Origin: an uncultured virus (IMG/VR IMGVR_UViG_3300042879_001731)
Taxonomy: Duplodnaviria; Heunggongvirae; Uroviricota; Caudoviricetes
DNA length: 35,579 nucleotides
Strand: one strand, 5' to 3'
Virus record (IMG/VR): IMGVR_UViG_3300042879_001731
Shown here: piece by piece, positions 27,958 to 35,046 of the stretch
How positions within the stretch are numbered: the stretch's first letter is position 1
Layout: each line of letters opens with the position of its first letter
Made by a program: the position numbers and the translations under genes
The notes under the pieces: generated by a model
The model's input: only the letters and a program-made list of their open reading frames with translations
What the model was told of the DNA's origin: nothing
The model's database searches: none

Positions 27958-28241
27958 AAGCGAGTATAAAAATATCTAGTTCGTATGGATTCGATCATAA
28001 CTGGACTTTAGTAATTGAGACAAGCAAGAAAGCATATTCTTTCTATCTAGGTCAAGATGTAAAATTTTGCAGTAGAGTCTTAGGAATGGACACTTCTTAT
28101 ATAGTTAGAAAAATAGGCACGCGCGAAATAAGTGAAGGCCAAAATGGAAATGAAAAGCTTGCCAGGTTTATATGCAAGGAATTGCAAGTTAACGGAAGGA
28201 ATGCAAGTAAATTTGAAACGTGGGCATTTTGCGCTCAATAA
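27954..28241 (+). CDS. Hypothetical protein
   Basis: 95 aa, ATGA-coupled; FYLGQDVKFCSRVLG. Confidence 0.7.
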   Translation: MKASIKISSSYGFDHNWTLVIETSKKAYSFYLGQDVKFCSRVLGMDTSYIVRKIGTREISEGQNGNEKLARFICKELQVNGRNASKFETWAFCAQ

Positions 28242-28333
28242 AATTCAAGAATCATGACCGAACAAACGCACCATTTGTTGAATGGTATTGGGTGGAGTAG
28301 TAATAAATGAGTATTAAAATTAAAATTAAAATT

Positions 28334-28891
28334 ATGAAAGTTAAAACATTTTTACCGTTATTTAGTGGCTTCTATGGGTCAAACTGGGATGACCCTTGTT
28401 TCGATGGGGAAGATGAATATTTCGATTTACCGGAAGGCACGGAGTTTTGGGAGTATGTTGATTGGGAAAGATACCATCATCAGATAGCTAATAAAATGTG
28501 CGAAGAGATAGGATGGCTTCTGTCTGATTTTGTTAATGGAATTGAATTCGAATGCATAAGCAGTCCGAAGTACTACAACTTTGAAAATGATGCAATACAC
28601 TGCGATATTGACTTTAATAAGAAGTTAATAGAGTCATACATAAACGCAAATAAAGATGCCTTTGACAATTATATTAAAGATAGATACACTAGTCGCGACG
28701 GATTCATATCTCACTATGAGAATGAAGGAAGTCAATTTTTGGATGGATGGCAAGATGACAGTCACAAGGTAGGTTCTGTGTTGCAATTTATTTGTGAGAA
28801 CGAAGGATATGAAGAGCCTTATTATTTGGATGATTGTCATATAAGCATGTTTTATAAGGAAGAAATTTACCAGTATGAAAGATCTATTTGA
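28334..28891 (+). CDS. Acidic, aromatic-rich early protein (likely start MKVKTF)
   Basis: FSGFY...SPKYYNFENDAI...YTSRDGFIS; very D/E-rich. Confidence 0.7.
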   Translation: MKVKTFLPLFSGFYGSNWDDPCFDGEDEYFDLPEGTEFWEYVDWERYHHQIANKMCEEIGWLLSDFVNGIEFECISSPKYYNFENDAIHCDIDFNKKLIESYINANKDAFDNYIKDRYTSRDGFISHYENEGSQFLDGWQDDSHKVGSVLQFICENEGYEEPYYLDDCHISMFYKEEIYQYERSI

Positions 28892-29096
28892 AACCCCAGA
28901 ATTAATACCGAACGAAATACAAGCGATTTTAGACACTATCGATCAAGATGCCGACCAATATGTCGAACTGACTAGGATAGTGCGAGAGATCGAGCCTTTA
29001 GGGTATACATTCGATTTCTACCTAGATGCCGAGCCATTTGGCTTACGGCCTATTGATATTGATTTATGTCAGTTGGAAGGATGGGAGGATGTTTAA
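28875..29096 (+). CDS. Small acidic hypothetical protein
   Basis: DLFETPELIP...GYTFDFYLDAEPFGLRP. Confidence 0.7.
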   Translation: MKDLFETPELIPNEIQAILDTIDQDADQYVELTRIVREIEPLGYTFDFYLDAEPFGLRPIDIDLCQLEGWEDV

Positions 29097-29114
29097 AGCA
29101 TGATTGTGAACGTT

Positions 29115-29401
29115 TACCCCTTTCAGATTAACGTAACTAATTGACTAACAACATTTTGTTAAAAATCCCTGACAAATTGTACCCCTTTCAGTGACGGTTT
29201 TTTTTCTGATTATCAGGCAGTTTGACGGTTTGAATATAAAACTCTATTCATTGTACGTAAAAATGGAAAAATAGATATATAGGTATAATAATATGTAATT
29301 ATATATAATATGTAGAACTTTATCATCAAATCGTCAGAAGTATAGTGTTTATGCGGAAATATCCGTCAGTAAAAGGGGTAAAGTCCGTCAGAAACCGTCA
29401 G
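29115..29401. repeat. Second TGACG array around an AT-rich core (element B), inverted homolog of element A
   Basis: TGACG at 29192, 29223; CGTCA at 29332, 29364, 29386, 29396; TACCCCTTTCAG at 29115 and 29180. Confidence 0.75.
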
Positions 29402-29414
29402 GAATGTTTTTTTG

Positions 29415-29530
29415 TATCTTTGTGAGATAGGGATAGGGTTGGAGTAGCTACCAATTCGAAAAGGCGTTTGTCACACGTTTTCGCTTTCCCTATTTTCAAA
29501 GAAACGTGTTCATTAAAAGTGTGTGACATG
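29415..29530 (+). ncRNA. Promoter plus candidate three-way-junction leader (copy B)
   Basis: TATCTTTG 29415-29422; P1 29426-32/29488-94, P2 29436-42/29451-57, P3 29461-66/29482-87. Confidence 0.6.
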
Positions 29531-29890
29531 ACAAAGCAAAAATGGAAACCCATTCCAGGGTGTAGCAACTATGCGATAGGATCGTATGGTCAAGTTAAAC
29601 GTCTTCGACATAGAGCGAGGGGAAAGAATCATAAAATTTTAAAGGAGCAAATTGTAAAACAGATATACGATAGGTATTGGAAGCCAACTGTTCGTATCAT
29701 TGGTGACGATGGGAAGCAACACCAATTAAGCGTGGAAAAATTAGTCATAACTCAATTCCTTGAGCCAGGACGAATTTACTATAAAACTACGGCCGACAAT
29801 ATGGTAAACAGAATTGATCGGTACGTTGACGCTGATGCGTATGAGAAGATGAAGTATAAACCTAACAGATATAAAATAGTAAAGACATGA
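29528..29890 (+). CDS. NUMOD4-domain protein without HNH (start MTKQKW at 29528)
   Basis: WKPIPGCSNYAIGSYGQVKRL. Confidence 0.75.
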   Translation: MTKQKWKPIPGCSNYAIGSYGQVKRLRHRARGKNHKILKEQIVKQIYDRYWKPTVRIIGDDGKQHQLSVEKLVITQFLEPGRIYYKTTADNMVNRIDRYVDADAYEKMKYKPNRYKIVKT

Positions 29891-30540
29891 AAATAGGAAT
29901 TTACAAAATTGTTTCTCCTGACGGTAGTGTGTACATAGGCCAATCGGTAGACATGGAAAAGAGATTTGCTCAACACAGGCGAAACAGATCGAAAGATTAT
30001 AGCAAGTTAAAGAGTTCATTTAATTATTACGGCCCGTATAACCATAGGTTTGAGATATTGGAGGAATGTAAAACAAAAGAATTAAACGAAAGGGAAAGAT
30101 ATTGGTTTAATCATTATTCTGAAATGGGTTGCGACATGTTAAATTCTGTTTCAATACCATCAGGTGTAACAAAGAAAGGAGGCAGAACTAAATGGGTTAA
30201 AATTCCAAGATGCGAAAACTTTGTGATTGGATCTAACGGAAAAGTTAAAAGGTTAAAACATAGATCTACTGGAAAGCTTTACAGGATACTAGACGAAATG
30301 ATGGTAGAACCACAAGTAAATAATTCGAAAGTTGCGTATGTAAATATAACCACCAACGAGGGAAAGCAAAAGGTATTTGCATTGCAAAAGTTAGTTGTTA
30401 AAACATTTCTAACTCCAGGCAGAATTTACTATAAGACAGCAGATAATCCTCTTATAAATAGCGTTAATGTATTTATAGACTCAGAGGATTATACTAAAAT
30501 GAATTACAAACCACAAATTTTTAAAACTATTAAGACATGA
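29887..30540 (+). CDS. GIY-YIG nuclease fused to a NUMOD4-like domain
   Basis: GIYKI...VYIGQS..R..H...E; the C-terminal half is paralogous to the 29528 protein (FLxPGRIYYKTxxN). Confidence 0.85.
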   Translation: MKIGIYKIVSPDGSVYIGQSVDMEKRFAQHRRNRSKDYSKLKSSFNYYGPYNHRFEILEECKTKELNERERYWFNHYSEMGCDMLNSVSIPSGVTKKGGRTKWVKIPRCENFVIGSNGKVKRLKHRSTGKLYRILDEMMVEPQVNNSKVAYVNITTNEGKQKVFALQKLVVKTFLTPGRIYYKTADNPLINSVNVFIDSEDYTKMNYKPQIFKTIKT

Positions 30541-30680
30541 AGTACGTTCTATTGATATTATTGTTCAACGTCTGGTTGATCTTTACGTTGATGTATCTGA
30601 TGGCTATCTCGCCATATTTATTATTCAGCTTGGTATTTATTGTACCAGGATTTTGTAAACTTTTAAATTTTGTAAGATGA
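30537..30680 (+). CDS. Small membrane protein (47 aa)
   Basis: MKYVLLILLFNVWLIFTLMYLMAISPYLLFSLVFIVPGFCKLLNFVR; ATGA overlaps on both sides. Confidence 0.55.
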   Translation: MKYVLLILLFNVWLIFTLMYLMAISPYLLFSLVFIVPGFCKLLNFVR

Positions 30681-30769
30681 AAAATATATTTTTGATGTTA
30701 GTTGTGTATCCTATTATCAACTTGTTTATATTTGTTTCGATAGTTAAGATTGTCGGACTGATGTATTAG
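30677..30769 (+). CDS. Small membrane peptide (30 aa)
   Basis: MKNIFLMLVVYPIINLFIFVSIVKIVGLMY; ATGA overlap. Confidence 0.45.
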   Translation: MKNIFLMLVVYPIINLFIFVSIVKIVGLMY

Positions 30770-30927
30770 CCCTCTGCATGTGCACGTGTATGGATCGAAG
30801 ATGGGGATGGCCTCTTGAACGTTTAGTTAGAATGCTTGGGCATTCTTTAATCAACGCTCACTACACCCTCCGAATCGTGGGTCGGCACAGTTTGTACGTT
30901 CTGGGGATATTTTAAAAACGTACATAC

Positions 30928-31083
30928 GGAGAGATGGCGGAAGGGTAGACGCTAGGACATACTGTGTGTTGCAATATCTACATAGTGCTGAAGTAGATTA
31001 ATGGTATAGTATGTTTGAACACTGGCAAGTGGAGAATGGTTATAATACATCATTCATTGCATGTTCGAATCATGCTCTCTCCA
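30928..31083 (+). ncRNA. Expanded tRNA-like RNA (tRNA-Leu-like ends, no canonical anticodon arm)
   Basis: Acceptor GGAGAGA/TCTCTCC+A; D arm GCG-GAAGGGTAGA-CGC; T arm GCATG-TTCGAAT-CATGC; about 106 nt between the D and T arms. Confidence 0.8.
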
Positions 31084-31106
31084 CATGACTCAGTTAGGTA
31101 AGCCGT

Positions 31107-31137
31107 GCGACAGGGGGATGACTGTCGCTATTTTTTT
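31107..31137 (+). terminator. Intrinsic terminator after the tRNA-like RNA
   Basis: GCGACAG-ggggatga-CTGTCGC followed by TATTTTTTT. Confidence 0.75.
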
Positions 31138-31156
31138 GTATATTTTTGTAAATGTA

Positions 31157-31360
31157 ATGGATATGTATCGTACTTTTGTATCTGTCAAGGGGCTTCCTGA
31201 ATTGTGGGTCATTGACGTTGAGACTGACCAATTGATTGGTATATCTTATGGTATTTATGAGTATATGTCTCGTTTTGATTATGAATGGGAGGTAGTCAGT
31301 ATTGGCAAACTCAACACCAGTAATATTGACGTATTAGTTGAAGATATAATTTTGAATTAA
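31157..31360 (+). CDS. Hypothetical protein (likely start MDMYRT)
   Basis: TATTTTTG promoter at 31141-31148; the longer ORF in the track overlaps the tRNA-like RNA. Confidence 0.55.
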   Translation: MDMYRTFVSVKGLPELWVIDVETDQLIGISYGIYEYMSRFDYEWEVVSIGKLNTSNIDVLVEDIILN

Positions 31361-31591
31361 ATGGAGAAGAAGGTAAAAATTTTGAGAATGTGGAAGGTAG
31401 ACATGGATGGCGAGTGGAATGTAGTTCTTAAGGACTGCGAGAACCACAACGAGCATATTATCTTTCATGACATCAATGGCGAATACAGTCCTGTTGATGT
31501 TGCTGTTCAGTATTTAAATCGCAAGGGATTTCACATTAAGTTTTATGCTGTAGACAGCGACTACAGTGTAGTGTTGTTATCAGAGAAATAA
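31361..31591 (+). CDS. Hypothetical protein
   Basis: 76-aa ORF abutting the previous gene. Confidence 0.6.
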   Translation: MEKKVKILRMWKVDMDGEWNVVLKDCENHNEHIIFHDINGEYSPVDVAVQYLNRKGFHIKFYAVDSDYSVVLLSEK

Positions 31592-31788
31592 TGTTAGAAA
31601 GAAAAATTTTAATTGCTGTCGCATTCGCAATAGCAACAATAATTATCTATATATGTTTATAATTTTATTGTTTTTGTCTATATATGGGATGTATATAGGC
31701 AGTTTACAGAGTAGTTCTTACTTACGTTTGCCGTTAGTATACGGTGGGTTCATAGGTAGTATAGTATCAATTTTAAATCTTTTAAGTT

Positions 31789-32259
31789 ATGCGATCAATT
31801 AGCATTTGGGTGATTGTCATATTGACAACATCTTTTATTCCTGGTCCTACCTTACAGAAGGTAGTTAATGTAAACAAGGTTGTTTACTATTCAGCGATTG
31901 ATGATTTAGAGTTTTCTGAAGAAAACTTAATGATTGTGATAAAGAGGATGGGCATAAGATTTGCCGACATTGTTTTAGCTCAGGCTAAGTTGGAGACTGG
32001 CAACTTTACATCTAAGTCTTTCACTATTCATAACAATTTATTTGGCATGAAGATCCCTAAGTCTAGGCTGACTGTTGCTACTGGAGAGCGTTTTGGTCAT
32101 GCTAGTTATGAGCATTGGACATATTCAGTTATGGACTACGCATTGTTTCAGAGTACGTTTGCTCGGAAGATCAGGACGCGCAAAGGATATATGCGTTATT
32201 TAAGTCGTAATTACGCTGAGGACGAGAATTATATAAATAAGATAGGTAAGTTATTATAA
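31789..32259 (+). CDS. Glucosaminidase (GH73-like) peptidoglycan hydrolase with N-terminal signal/TM segment
   Basis: AQAKLETG, NNLFGMK and YAEDENY motifs. Confidence 0.8.
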   Translation: MRSISIWVIVILTTSFIPGPTLQKVVNVNKVVYYSAIDDLEFSEENLMIVIKRMGIRFADIVLAQAKLETGNFTSKSFTIHNNLFGMKIPKSRLTVATGERFGHASYEHWTYSVMDYALFQSTFARKIRTRKGYMRYLSRNYAEDENYINKIGKLL

Positions 32260-32282
32260 GTTAAATTCTAAATTAGAGTAAG

Positions 32283-32423
32283 ATGTGTTTTATATTAGGA
32301 ATGTTTATTGGGGCATGTATTATGTGGGTTATTGCTAAAATAATCCAGATTGAATGGAAAAAAGATTTAGAAAGATTAAAAGATTTTGAGATATGGGAAG
32401 AATGGAAAAACAGACATCAATAG
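32283..32423 (+). CDS. Small single-TM protein (46 aa)
   Basis: MCFILGMFIGACIMWVIAKIIQIEWKKDLERLKDFEIWEEWKNRHQ. Confidence 0.55.
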   Translation: MCFILGMFIGACIMWVIAKIIQIEWKKDLERLKDFEIWEEWKNRHQ

Positions 32424-32626
32424 AATGGTTGGTTGAGCAATGGCCAATATTAGAATCACAATTACCACAACAGTTAATTAAACAAGCCAAAGAAATGGAG
32501 AAAAACAATATATGTGATGCTTGGGATAATGGATATGATAAAGGAACAAGAGATAGGATTGAAAAAATATCAAATCCAGTTGGCAATGCAGAACAATACT
32601 ACAATCAAACCTATAAATCGGAGTAA
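32402..32626 (+). CDS. Small helical protein of the 'TxxEWL...QAKExEK...EQYYNxTxKSE' family
   Basis: Paralog of 32628..32846; ends TYKSE. Confidence 0.7.
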   Translation: MEKQTSIEWLVEQWPILESQLPQQLIKQAKEMEKNNICDAWDNGYDKGTRDRIEKISNPVGNAEQYYNQTYKSE

Positions 32627-32627
32627 G

Positions 32628-32846
32628 ATGAGAACAGCAGTAGAATGGTTACGAGAACATTATCTATTAGAGATGAAAGTCAATGGAGAAATTCATTTAG
32701 ATTTACTAAATAAACTATTTGAACAAGCCAAAGAGATTGAGAAAGAGCAGATATTAAATGCTTTTGAAAATGGAGAGGTCTGCACATTATTTAAAAATGA
32801 AGGTGCTTCAGAACAATACTACAACGAAACCTTTAAATCAGAGTAA
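32628..32846 (+). CDS. Small helical protein (start MRTAVEWL)
   Basis: Starts at the ATG within the repeat and ends TFKSE. Confidence 0.7.
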   Translation: MRTAVEWLREHYLLEMKVNGEIHLDLLNKLFEQAKEIEKEQILNAFENGEVCTLFKNEGASEQYYNETFKSE

Positions 32847-32847
32847 G

Positions 32848-32943
32848 ATGAAAACAACCGCATTTATAGTCTTGGTACTTGTTACCATAGTAATACTTTA
32901 TCTAATAGGTAAAGACTTTAACTCACCCTTTAAATCAGAGTAA
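32848..32943 (+). CDS. 31-aa single-TM peptide
   Basis: MKTTAFIVLVLVTIVILYLIGKDFNSPFKSE runs in frame from repeat to repeat. Confidence 0.6.
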   Translation: MKTTAFIVLVLVTIVILYLIGKDFNSPFKSE

Positions 32944-32944
32944 G

Positions 32945-33121
32945 ATGACGACAGGATTTAGATTTATAAATAGAAGTAAAAACAAACTTGAAAAACATAT
33001 TGATTATTGTGAGTATATGCTTGAAATATGCAATAGAAAAAATAATAATCTAAAAAGATATTATTTTAAAAAGCAGATTGAGGCAACTAAAAGAAAGTTG
33101 CTAACCTTTAAATCAGAGTAA
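32945..33121 (+). CDS. 58-aa basic protein (not in ORF track)
   Basis: MTTGFRFINRSKNKLEKHIDYCEYMLEIC...KRKLLTFKSE runs in frame from repeat to repeat. Confidence 0.65.
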   Translation: MTTGFRFINRSKNKLEKHIDYCEYMLEICNRKNNNLKRYYFKKQIEATKRKLLTFKSE

Positions 33122-33122
33122 G

Positions 33123-33377
33123 ATGGATTTAGAAAAGGAAGCAGCAAAGTATGCAAACATTGGTAAAGAAATAGATCCTGTTTATGCTAATGGTTTATTC
33201 TATGGTTACACCGCAGGTGCTACATCAAAATATGTAGAAGCTGAGAAGATCAAGGCAAAGATTGAAGCAGTAGATCACTTCTGTAAATTAAATGGATTTG
33301 GAAGCACTAATATGCATAGAGCAGTTATTGGGATGTATGAACAACAACTTAAAGAATTAGAAGATGAAAGAATTTGA
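33123..33377 (+). CDS. Small helical protein, paralog of 34253..34492
   Basis: MxLEKEAxxYA...AGATSKxVxAEKIKAxIEAV...QLKEL. Confidence 0.7.
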   Translation: MDLEKEAAKYANIGKEIDPVYANGLFYGYTAGATSKYVEAEKIKAKIEAVDHFCKLNGFGSTNMHRAVIGMYEQQLKELEDERI

Positions 33378-33696
33378 AAGTAGTATCCAAGAAAAAGACA
33401 AAATGGAATTGTCCATTCAAAAAAAACAACAAAAAGAAAAAGAATTAGTGGGTAAAATTATTCCACATAAAGGTCATAAAGTTTGGGAGATAAATACTGA
33501 AACTTTATCAATACAACTAGCAGAATTTGAAAAACAAACATTTTTTATTGGACAAAATCACCCTAATCTTGAAATAATTATTAGAGATGGTCATGCTTAT
33601 GTTTCTGCTATGAATAAATCAAATGCATTGAAAAAATATAAGAAAGGATTAAATGGCAGTAAACAATTAGAAAATATGCCACTAAAGTTATTCTAA
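33364..33696 (+). CDS. Hypothetical protein
   Basis: 110 aa, PHKGHKVWEIN...YVSAMN. Confidence 0.7.
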   Translation: MKEFESSIQEKDKMELSIQKKQQKEKELVGKIIPHKGHKVWEINTETLSIQLAEFEKQTFFIGQNHPNLEIIIRDGHAYVSAMNKSNALKKYKKGLNGSKQLENMPLKLF

Positions 33697-33707
33697 ACTA
33701 AAAAAAG

Positions 33708-34241
33708 ATGAAAGCAAAACTGATACATCGAGGTAATGGTGACTACAAGTTATACGTAAATGAATCAACCTATGCACAATCGGCTCCTAATCCACATAGA
33801 AAACTATCCAAACAAAACTGTGATGAGATATTTGGAGTAGTTGATGTTGAGAAGTTGGCTATGGATTGGAGAGAAAGTACTGGCTATCATGATGCAGATT
33901 CTTACAGTTATATTCTAGGCTTCAACAAAGCAATGGAGTTGAATAAAGACAAGTTGTTTACTTTGGAAGATATGTATGATGCAGTCATGCTTGGTGTTTG
34001 TTTTGAAGATTCGGGTATTCAAGGAATTTCAACTTATGAAGAGTTAAAGGAATTAGCAATTAAAAGAGCATTAAAACCAACAGAAATTGAAGTTGAGATT
34101 GAGCATTATGAAATTAAACAAACAAAAACATATAATGCAATTAAAGGAGTTAAGGGTAGTGGGCATAAGATAACAACTACTGGATATAGACTAAAACTAG
34201 ACTCAGAAGGATGTTTAATACTTAAAAAGATTAACCATTAA
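33708..34241 (+). CDS. Hypothetical protein
   Basis: 177 aa, KLSKQNCDEIFGVVDVEKLA...KLDSEGCLILKK. Confidence 0.7.
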   Translation: MKAKLIHRGNGDYKLYVNESTYAQSAPNPHRKLSKQNCDEIFGVVDVEKLAMDWRESTGYHDADSYSYILGFNKAMELNKDKLFTLEDMYDAVMLGVCFEDSGIQGISTYEELKELAIKRALKPTEIEVEIEHYEIKQTKTYNAIKGVKGSGHKITTTGYRLKLDSEGCLILKKINH

Positions 34242-34252
34242 AGCAAAGTAAG

Positions 34253-34492
34253 ATGAATTTAGAAAAGGAAGCATTAGAATATGCAGTAAGTGTATATGAA
34301 GGTGAAAAAAAAGATGTCTATGAGAACTCATCAAGATTAGACTTCATAGCAGGAGCTACATCCAAGTGGGTAAAAGCTGAAAAAATTAAGGCACAAATTG
34401 AAGCAGTCAGAGCAGTAGATACTTATGGTCTAAAACACATGACCGAACATTACAAAAATCAATTAAAAGAATTGAATGAGAGTAAAGAATAG
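34253..34492 (+). CDS. Small helical protein, paralog of 33123..33377
   Basis: Shares the motifs above and a degenerate junction repeat upstream. Confidence 0.7.
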   Translation: MNLEKEALEYAVSVYEGEKKDVYENSSRLDFIAGATSKWVKAEKIKAQIEAVRAVDTYGLKHMTEHYKNQLKELNESKE

Positions 34493-34964
34493 CTTTGGAT
34501 CATTTCATATAAATGATGGTAAACCATTAGAAATTGAATCAGATAAGTATCATATTGACTATTCACGAAGATTCTATTTATTTGACATCGTTCCAAGAGG
34601 AGCAGTACGCATGACCCAATCTGATCGCTGGAAAACTAATCCTAATCACATAGATCCAAATAAAAGGCAAAGAAAAGCAGTAACAGAGTACTTTACTTTC
34701 AAAAATGTATTGGTTTTACAAGCTAATTTAATGCAATTTCAACTTGGTAAACTATTCGATGCTGTTTATCTCATTCCTATGCCTGACTCATGGTCTGAAA
34801 AGAAAAAAGAACGAATGAATGGTATGCCATGCGAAGTTAAACCTGACACTGATAATATTACAAAAGCAATAAAAGATGCATTACGTAAAAATGATAGTGA
34901 CATTTGGTATGAAAAAGCAGAAAAGCGTTGGGCTTACAAAGGATCAATAATAATTTACCAATAA
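34476..34964 (+). CDS. rusA: RusA-family Holliday junction resolvase
   Basis: KPDTDNITKAIKDAL..ND catalytic motif; PDSWSEKKK. Confidence 0.85.
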   Translation: MRVKNSFGSFHINDGKPLEIESDKYHIDYSRRFYLFDIVPRGAVRMTQSDRWKTNPNHIDPNKRQRKAVTEYFTFKNVLVLQANLMQFQLGKLFDAVYLIPMPDSWSEKKKERMNGMPCEVKPDTDNITKAIKDALRKNDSDIWYEKAEKRWAYKGSIIIYQ

Positions 34965-34986
34965 AAACCTAAATATATAACATAAT

Positions 34987-35017
34987 AAAAAACCTCTTAT
35001 CATTTATAATAAGAGGT
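34987..35017 (-). terminator. Terminator between convergent genes
   Basis: ACCTCTTAT/ATAAGAGGT stem; the A-run at 34987-34992 gives a minus-strand U-tract. Confidence 0.6.
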
Positions 35018-35046
35018 AATTTAATCGTAACAAGGATTTGGAAGTA

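Larger units (their letters stand above)
32609..33125 (+). repeat. Four copies of the 22-bp gene-junction repeat ACCTTTAAATCAGAGTAAGATG
   Basis: Copies at 32609, 32829, 32926 and 33104 with 0-2 mismatches. Confidence 0.9.

Noticed and set aside
29468..29527. N-terminal extensions in the ORF track (29468, 31061, 18974, 32514, 32758, 24370, 1457)
   Set aside because: They overlap promoters, structured RNAs or neighbouring genes, and downstream ATGs have a better context.
30928..31083. tmRNA or group I intron-containing tRNA
   Set aside because: Too short. It has a paired D stem and no tag ORF, G3-U70 pair or intron core motifs.
31084..31130. Theta/HDV-like ribozyme at the 3' end of the tRNA-like RNA
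   Set aside because: No nested double pseudoknot was found, and the sequence is explained by a terminator.
32609..33125. CRISPR array
   Set aside because: The spacers are 75-198 bp, irregular, and each is a complete ORF. No cas genes are present.
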